This document shows positions 63,530 through 64,000 of a stretch of DNA of 64,000 nt, one piece after another. This DNA comes from Patescibacteria group bacterium (GTDB lineage Bacteria > Patescibacteriota > Patescibacteriia > Patescibacteriales > UBA12465): NCBI GenBank assembly GCA_028705215.1, contig JAQWDY010000002.1, positions 24,759 to 88,758 of the forward strand, given 5' to 3'. Each line of letters opens with the position of its first letter. Position 1 is the stretch's first letter. The notes beneath the pieces were generated by a model. That model searched no databases. It was not told the origin of the DNA and worked only from the letters and a program-made list of their open reading frames with translations. Both the position numbers and the translations under genes were made by a program.

Positions 63530-64000
63530 TGGCTAGAATTATTGGACGAGGATTTTCTTTTAATGATGTTCTCGTTGTCCCAAAATATAATAAAATTGCT
63601 TCTCGTAAAGAAGTAAATTTTCAAACTAAAGTTACTAAAAATTATTCTATCGATATTCCAATTATTGCCGCTAACATGGATACTGTTTGCGAAAGCAAAA
63701 TGGCAATTGCAATTGGGAAGCTCGGTGGCCTGGGTGTTATTCATCGCTTTATGACAGTTAGCGAGCAAACAGAAGAGGTAAAAAAAGTCAAAGCTGAAAA
63801 CCTAATTGCCGCTGCCGCTGTTGGTGTTAAAGATTATGAAGAAAGAGTTAAAGCTTTAAATGAGGCCGGAGTAAATATTATTGTACTTGATGTCGCTCAT
63901 GGCCACTCAAAAAGAACTGGAAAAACTTTAGATTATATAAAGGAGGTCTACCCTGACATTGATGTAATGGTTGGTAATGTCGCCACCAAGGATGCAGCCG
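63530..64000 (+). CDS. IMP dehydrogenase / GMP reductase family protein, CBS-less, 5' partial (runs off the window)
   Basis: My hand translation is MARIIGRGFSFNDVLVVPKYNKIAS...IPIIAANMDTVCESKMAIAIGKLGGLGVIHRFMTVSEQTEEVKKVKAENLIAAAAVGV...VLDVAHGHS. It is absent from the ORF track because there is no in-window stop. Confidence 0.85.

Noticed and set aside
1-64000. CRISPR arrays, tRNA/rRNA/tmRNA/SRP RNA genes, transposases, integrases, prophage or toxin-antitoxin modules.
   Set aside because: I scanned every intergenic gap longer than 60 nt. I found no regularly spaced direct repeats, no GGTTCGA-type T-arm, and no recombinase-like ORF. The only GC-rich noncoding island is the RNase P RNA.
1-64000. 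Alternative genetic code (UGA recoding, as in some candidate phyla).
   Set aside because: Genes are long and uninterrupted under the standard code, and TGA is used as a genuine stop (for example the gene ending at 58245). Code 11 therefore fits.

Overview
The window is AT-rich, very tightly packed and almost entirely coding. I call about 60 CDSs, and all but five are on the minus strand. I saw no rRNA, tRNA, CRISPR array, transposase or integrase.

The gene content is mostly housekeeping:
- Translation and RNA modification: rpsB-tsf, cysS, hisS, asnS, typA, rlmH, rlmN, rsmH, dusB, tgt, a tsaB-like gene and a DEAD-box helicase.
- Glycolysis: eno and pyk.
- A shortened dcw block: mraZ-rsmH-ftsL-ftsI-murF.
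- Envelope and glycan genes: a WbaP-like transferase, GT2, GT4, rfbA-like, rfbD and a DUF4012-type protein.
- One clear structured RNA, a type-A RNase P RNA at about 1465-1845 (-).

Several traits suggest a streamlined Patescibacteria/CPR-like genome: truncated enzymes (pyruvate kinase without its C domain, half-length TsaB, CBS-less IMPDH-family protein), a sigma-region-4/HARE-HTH fusion, DUF4012, and giant secreted multidomain proteins. That assignment is inference, not proof. The standard genetic code applies, because TGA is used as a stop.

The most interesting unexplained items are:
1. An orphan transcription unit (promoter, about 135 nt of structured RNA, terminator) in the 39.3-39.6 kb intergenic gap.
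2. An envelope module at 49-56 kb. It contains a MacB-type ABC exporter with two permease paralogues, a 642-aa adaptor with an unusually long coiled coil, an ECF sigma factor, a membrane protein and a small secreted helical protein. Two copies of a shared TGAAGAAAA-N12-CGTA promoter-like motif flank the sigma pair.
3. Near-consensus promoters followed by terminator-like hairpins in the leaders of typA and rpsB-tsf.
4. A tgt homologue in which all four zinc ligands are replaced.
5. A 1104-aa secreted fusion of a permuted papain-fold domain, a lamin-tail domain and two LamG domains.
6. Several CPR-style uncharacterised membrane and surface proteins.

Many longest ORFs in the supplied track begin at TTG or GTG. 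Where a downstream ATG removes an overlap or restores a canonical N-terminus, I used the shorter model. All RNA ends, promoters and domain boundaries were placed by eye and are approximate.
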